From NCBI GenBank assembly GCA_951406725.2, contig OX597818.1, positions 104,160,001 to 104,224,000 on the forward strand: DNA of 64,000 nt, in the 5' to 3' direction. Below the pieces are notes generated by a model, which was not told the origin of the DNA, ran no database searches, and saw only the letters and a program-made list of their open reading frames with translations. Within the stretch, counting starts at the first letter, position 1, and every line of letters begins with the position of its first letter. The DNA comes from Octopus vulgaris. Its lineage: Eukaryota. A program made the position numbers and the translations under genes. Positions 57,747 to 64,000 of the stretch are shown here, one piece after another.

Positions 57747-57921
57747 TACTTGTTTCAGTCATTTGACTGCGACCATGCTGGAGCACCGCTTTTAGTCGAG
57801 CAAATCGAAGCCAGGACTTATTCTTTGTAAGCCTAGTACTTATTCTATCGGTCTCTTTTACCGAAACCCTAAGTTACGGGGAGGTAAACAAGCTACTTAC
57901 CACACAGCCACTCCTGCGCCT
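57747..57921 (-). mobile_element. SINE family A, internally deleted
   Basis: The 3' half is fused directly to the first ~30 nt of the head. Confidence 0.8.
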
Positions 57922-57947
57922 ATATATATATATGTATGTGTGTGTGA

Positions 57948-58007
<60 letters not shown>

Positions 58008-58057
58008 CGTCTAATATCATGTTGTAAACTAGTATCTATGTATACATAATTACATTT

Positions 58058-58470
58058 TGTGGCTGTGTAGGGAAAGCATTGCTTTCGAACCACATTGCTT
58101 CGGACTCACTCCGAATGTGAGGCACGTTGAGAAAATGTCTTTAACTATAGCCTCAGGCTGACCAAAGACTTGTGAGGGTGTTTGTTAGACGAAAACTGAA
58201 AGAAGCATGTCGTATATTTATATTACATGTGTGTGTGTGTGTACGTGTGTCTTTGTGTCTAAGTTTGTCCCTCCCGAGCACTACTTGACAACCCATCCGG
58301 TGTTGGTGTGTTTGCGCACCTGTAATGTAACAGTACAGTAAAAGACACCGATAGAGTAAGTAATATGCTTCAAAAGTAAGTCCACAGGACGATTCCTTCG
58401 ACTATAGCCCTTCAATACGATACTCCAGCATGGGCACAGTCAAATGACTGGTACAAATACAGAAACAAAA
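58058..58470 (+). mobile_element. SINE family A, diverged
   Basis: Colinear with family A but with many substitutions. Confidence 0.75.
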
Positions 58471-59346
58471 GGCTAAATATTTTATCCTGTTTATTTGAAT
58501 ACTTTTTTATTTTTTTCATTCCTAGGAAAGTCGTGAAAAACTCAAAATAATAGAGTTATTTGTTTTGCGGCAAAAATTACCTGATAAATGGAAAAAAAAG
58601 AATGAAATATTACCAAAATCTAGCTTGAAAATAAAAGCCATGTAAAATTGAAAGACAAAGATTCACACAAAGCGGTAGAATATTCAAAACTTCAAATAAA
58701 GGTTCCGTGAAATTCACACAGCATTTCTTCAAGATAAGACTATTTTTTAAACAATTAATACAGAAGAGAATAAAACTGAAACTTTAAAAAGAAAGGGAAA
58801 TACAAAACTGCTTGTGATGACAGGAAGACAAACATAGAATAACTTTTACAAAGGCAAACATAAATTGAAATAAGTTGGTGTAAAAAATCGCTAAGACGAA
58901 CATAGATATGTGTGCGTGTGTGTGTGGGGGGGTTGTTCCTAAAATGAATATTCGGAAAATTACAGGGAATTGTGCTGAAATATCTGGCTTGTTTGTATAT
59001 ACAGAGTGAAAGATCTCTTATAGTTTTTTTTTTAAATTATGATTACGTAAATACAAGACATTTATAGGTCATTGACACGAGAACTCGTTTGACAGATTTC
59101 AAAAACTATAAAAACATCCATAGTTCTCCGAAATTAATATGCAAAGTTCTTTTCATAATAATATACAAATAAGATCCGTATGGTTAAGGAAATAACCACG
59201 TACTATCACAAGTTGATATTCTTGCTTAACAAAAATAATCCCTTTCATGAGCAGTGTTACGATTCGAAATATACAAGCCTACATCATCCCGTTACTTCGA
59301 TGTCAAGAACTAAAATGTCAGTGTTTCTATACGTTCTGATTTACTA

Positions 59347-59720
59347 TTTTACTTGTTTCAGTCATTTGACTGCAGCCATGCTGGAGCACCGCCTTTGGTC
59401 GAGCAAATCGACCTCAGGACTTATTCTTTGTAAGCCTAGTACTTATTTTATCGGGGTCTCTTGCCGAACCGCTAAGTTACGGGGACGTAGCAAACCAGCA
59501 TCTGTTGTCAAGCGATGTTGGGGGGAAACCACAGACACACAAACGTATACACACATACATACAAAGATATATATATATATATATACATATATATACGACG
59601 GGCTTCTTTCAGCATCCGTCTACCAATCCACTCACAAGGCCTGAGGCCCTAGTAGGAAACACTTGCTGAACCCGGAACTATGTGGTTCCTAAGCAAGCTA
59701 CTTACCACACAGCCACTCCT
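59347..59720 (-). mobile_element. SINE family A
   Basis: Reverse complement of family A with small deletions. Confidence 0.88.
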
Positions 59721-60270
59721 AAACCTAGATAATTATGAGCGTAAAACTTTTTGCAGGATTTGTTGTAAGCTGAATAAATACGTATAACCATCCTCGTCGA
59801 ATGAAGTAACATAGATTCTGATGAACGACGAGATGAGGCAATATATGAACAGGGAGTCATTAATCACCAAAAAGATTTCTTTGGAGGTTTTTAAATAAAT
59901 GAAATTTACTTAAAATATCATTTACAGACATCAAGACATTTTTTCATTAACTGAAACTACAGGGTATTAGATATGTACATAGTACACCCTCATCTGGAAT
60001 TTCTATTTATATATTGAGAGACACAATGATGAGTTGAGCGTGAGGAAAGTGACAGAAATCATCAGAAAACCATCGTCAGAATTATACAAATATCTTGGAA
60101 ATACCTTCTCTGTTTACGATACCAGATTTTATCTTTCAATAGAACAAAAATCCAATAGAATATTTTTAACATCTCCCAAACAAATAGACAACATTGAATA
60201 TTAAGTTAATTAGCTACCTACATACATATGGTGGTTATTACTGATATATGGCAGTAAATAAGTTGGGGAT

Positions 60271-60785
60271 GAGGCGGCGAGCTGGCAGAAACGTTAGAAC
60301 GCCGGGCGAAATGATTAACCGTATTTCGTCTGCCGTTACGTCGTGAGTTCAAATTCCGCCGAGGTCGACTTTGCCTTTCATCTTTTCGGGGTCGATAAAT
60401 TAAGTACCAGTTACGCACTAGGGTCGATGTAATCGACTTAATCCGTTTGTCTGTCCTTGTTTGTCCCCTCTATGTGTAGCCCCTTGTGGATCGTAAAGAA
60501 ATATATATGACAGTAAAGAAATATATATGACAGTAAATAAGTAGGGGTAATGGTAAACTCTCTTATTTTGCAATCGTCTAATTTTTTGCGGCTGCATGAA
60601 TAACAATTGATATACTATCAAGACTAAGCGGTATTTCGCCTGTCTTTACCTTCCGAGTTCAAATTCTGCCGAGGTCGAATTTGTTTTTCGGGGTCGATAA
60701 ATTAAGTACCAGTTGCGTACTGAGGTCGATCTAATCGACTGGTCCCTTCCCCAAAAATTTCGGACTTGGCGCCTAGAGTAGAAAA
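60271..60785 (+). mobile_element. tRNA-derived SINE family B (MetaSINE-like core), two copies: 60271-60502 and 60625-60785
   Basis: Head ggcggcgagctggcagaaacgttag...gagttcaaattcc (B-box), then gaggtcgactttgcctttcatc.tttcggggtcgataaattaagtacc, which resembles the Meta/Sauria-SINE central domain. Confidence 0.8.
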
Positions 60786-63156
60786 TAATATATAAAGTCA
60801 TTTTTGGGTGTGTATTATGTATTATTAAGCACCTGAGGCAATAATCCTTCTTAGTTTGGTTAATGTTAGATCGCAGCTACCATTTTTCTTTCAATTTCTA
60901 AATGTTGTATACATTAGCTTGTTATTTAGACAACCTGCGTCGACGTGGAACAACATCCATGAAGGAAATGCAAATTAAATCCATTTCAAGAGGAACCTTG
61001 GCATTTCATCGCCGTCACTTTATCATTGCTGTCTTTACAATAAAAGAAATCAACGTGCTTACTAAGCAGGTTTGAAATCAAGAACAGGGATAGAATAGAA
61101 GTGTATTGTGTTAAAGCGGTACAATGATATAAAGAGATAATGGAGGGAGCGAATGTTGTAAAGAGTAGAATATTTAGAGTCCGAAAGCAAAGAGGATATG
61201 AGAGTCCTACAATTAAAACCATAGAAATAATCAGAAACATGTGTCTATGTGTGAAGTAGGAAGAACGAGAGGGAGAGAATAGATAAGTAATATAAATATT
61301 GGGAGATAGAAGCAGAGGAAAAGAATAAAAGTGACTGATTGAAACAGAATGCGAAAGAATTAAATACAAATACATAAAGAGATGATGGGAGCAGAGGATT
61401 GAATGCTAGTAATAACAAGTGGACGTATTAAAACTCTTTGGAGATAAAGTGCAGATATCTGTCATTCAAATGTATTCATGCAGATTAAATTCCTATCTTT
61501 GGCCTAGACAAGCGGGCTTCTGGATTTTCTAACGTGGAATTATTAATGATTTACAATCGTTAATATGTCTTCTGATAACAGATGTATGTGAATTATAACG
61601 TAGTAAACACCCTTGGAGATTTAAAACTTGCATATTTGAAGAAAGATCTCTTGAGATTTCAGGCATTTGCGATACTAATGTGGGGATTTCTGTTGGAAAT
61701 GAAAGCATTTTAACTATAAAATTATTGATATGAAGAAATTTCGATATGAGAAATTATTTTCCTTTACATCAATTATCTAAACAAATTTTCTTCATAATGT
61801 GCTGGCTGGTTTGGTATTTTATAAATTCAGCATTTAGCTCAACCAAGGGGTTACGTTATCCAAATGAAGTGACAGCTTCTTGCTTGAAAATTAATCTCTT
61901 TTGAGCCTTAAACGAAATTCTTGAAAAGCATGTTCAGCTAATACATCCGAAGTCTACATGAGAAAGGATAAACATCTGGTATTAATTGCAATCTAAATCG
62001 AATTTCCGTCGATGATTTAACATAGATTTCATGGCAATTCAGCTTTTCGGCCTACTTAGTTTTATATTTGTGACATATGGCTTATACTTTAATCATTTTG
62101 GTATTTTAAATACTAACCCAAACTATAAACATTCGCATCTAAGGAATGACGTTATGCATCCATTTCACGAGAAACTAATCGATCGAAGGAGTGATTCCTT
62201 AAATCTGAGTTTTCAACTATATTTCTCTAGGGGTCACTAAGGTTTCCGCGAGAAATAGAGATAAAGAAGCAAATTGTATGCAAGAACATTTTGAGTTACG
62301 TCGTATTTAATTTCAAAACTATACATTTATTTACGCATGCATTGAAAATTCCCTTAGGGAGGCAACTATTGATATCAGTATATAATAAGGACATGATACA
62401 AGAAAATAAAGGCATAATGAACAATGTGTAGAGGAATTTGGTGTACAGGGTTAACACGAAATTTCCTAAACATTATTTGCGGTAATCTGAGGGATACAGT
62501 TTTGTTACATGCTTAATATCTTACTAAATTTAAAATGATGACTGTGAAAGGAAAAGATTGATAAAGATACATAATTTAATAATAATCTTTCAGAAGCGCT
62601 ACAAGAGTGAAAAGGTTGGAAAACTGATTTAGATAAAAATACTTTGGATTTAACTAAAAATACGATGATAAGTTTGATTACAGGCTATTTTGTACGGCTT
62701 GGATTAAATACTTCGAACAACCATCAGCATAAATATGCTTAATCTCAACACAAAGAAACGCGAGACAGTGGTCATTGAAGCAGGAAATGAACTGAACAAT
62801 GATGGAATGATTAAAATAAATTCCACATTTGTTAACCCCTCGATGGAACAATGTTTACACTTAGTATTACACTATGAATGATTAAAGCGGTTTTGAAGAT
62901 TCATTCCATTTTTGTATTATCTATTACTAAGATAATTTTGGCTGATATGAATTACACCGCTTATTACTTATATGCTTTGTGTCGTGTAGGGCACTTTTTC
63001 TGAAGGCGATACCGCAGCACTGTGGTGTATAAAGACAACACATACACTACATACATATGACCGATAATGTTTACATTCTGAGAGCTACTTTTAATTAGAA
63101 ATTTACATATACATACATATATATATATATATATATATGTCCTTACGCCTCCAATA

Positions 63157-63370
63157 TCGTAGTGCTATAACAATGCGAAATACAAACAGCGTCAGTCACT
63201 AACGTGTAACCAATCAACAATTAATATTTACAAAACACTAACTCGAACTGTAAACTGTAACTGGGTTTCGAAGATCAAACTACGAACTGCCGAATACGTC
63301 AGACTGCTAATATTTATACGTAGCCGTCCCGTCTATTCTCGCCAGAGTGTGTCGTACTCTCGCCACAACA
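63157..63370 (-). mobile_element. Probable 3' LTR of the Gypsy remnant
   Basis: On the minus strand a purine-rich tract (aaaaaatgaga) is followed directly by TGTTGTGG at 63370, just downstream of the integrase. Far boundary uncertain. Confidence 0.45.
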
Positions 63371-63399
63371 TCTCATTTTTTGAGATTTCGAGTTCCGAA

Positions 63400-64000
63400 G
63401 GAATAAAGAAATTTTATTTATTATTATTCTTTAGTACCTATTTCGCTTGGGTCTTATCTCAAAGTGTTCGGTCTGCTTCCGTTTTTAATGCTAGTTCTAC
63501 GGGACCCGTATTAGTTTTGGTACTGGGACATTGAATACATCAAAAAATACTTCCATAGGAAATTCTCTCCGTACTTCGTTATATCTTTTCTTTCGTTGAT
63601 TTATGTGTATCCTATGTCCCCAGCGTGGTCCTTTAATTTGATACATCATACTTCCAAATTTTTGGTTACAAGACCATCCTCTCAGCCTTCTTTACCATTT
63701 GTGTAGGTTTTAAAATGCACTTTATGTATTATTTCAAAATATTTCGTTGCATCTTTCGAATTTCTTTTACATCTTCTCTTGCAATAAAATCGATTTTATT
63801 CTTCTCGCAAACATCAACTGTGCAGGTGAGATTCCTGAAGTTGCACAGGGATTGGGGGTTACTCTATATATCCTTAAGAATTTTGTTAGTGCCTCGTCGA
63901 TACTTAATTCGTTCCCAACTTTACTTAATACTCTTTTGAACGTGTCTACGAATCTTACTACCTGCCCATTTGACCTCGGTTGGTAGGGTGGAGTGAAAAT
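63400..64000 (-). pseudogene. Gypsy/Ty3 LTR-retrotransposon integrase C-terminal remnant (continues beyond the window)
   Basis: Minus strand from the window edge: IFTPPYQPRSNGQVVRFVDTFKRVL...FLRIYRVTPNP...GISPAQLMFARRIKS, later GSMMYQIKGPRW..RIHINQ. The catalytic Glu of the NGQAERF motif reads Val; frameshifts present. Confidence 0.85.

Overview
Eukaryotic, very AT-rich DNA saturated with microsatellites, almost certainly intronic or intergenic. The SINE families and repeat landscape point to a coleoid cephalopod (Octopus-like); this is an inference. Nearly all ORFs in the supplied track are translations of (TA)n, (CA)n, (GATA)n or trinucleotide repeats, and no host gene can be called with confidence (only three weak exon-like candidates). 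Recognisable content: (1) two Penelope-like retroelement (PLE) coding remnants, namely a 5'-truncated RT + GIY-YIG ORF at ~43.1-44.5 kb wrapped in a ~550-bp inverted pseudo-LTR, and a GIY-YIG C-terminus at ~12.0-12.7 kb; (2) LINE remnants of the RTE, Tx1/L1, CR1/L2-group and R4/Dong types; (3) a Gypsy integrase and LTR remnant at the right edge; (4) two mariner-derived MITEs; (5) more than 20 copies of three tRNA-derived SINE families. The most notable signal is about a dozen minimal type-I hammerhead-ribozyme motifs (CUGANGA / stem II / GAAA / palindromic stem III / GUH), mostly in mutually unrelated non-coding inserts embedded in (TA)n tracts. Two have intact cores: 55564-55606 (-) and 42126-42164 (-). 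The second lies in a 367-bp monomer present as a 1.33x head-to-tail repeat, resembling a retrozyme or circular-RNA-derived insertion. Several other inserts are fold-back hairpins. Coordinates were read by eye and element boundaries are approximate.
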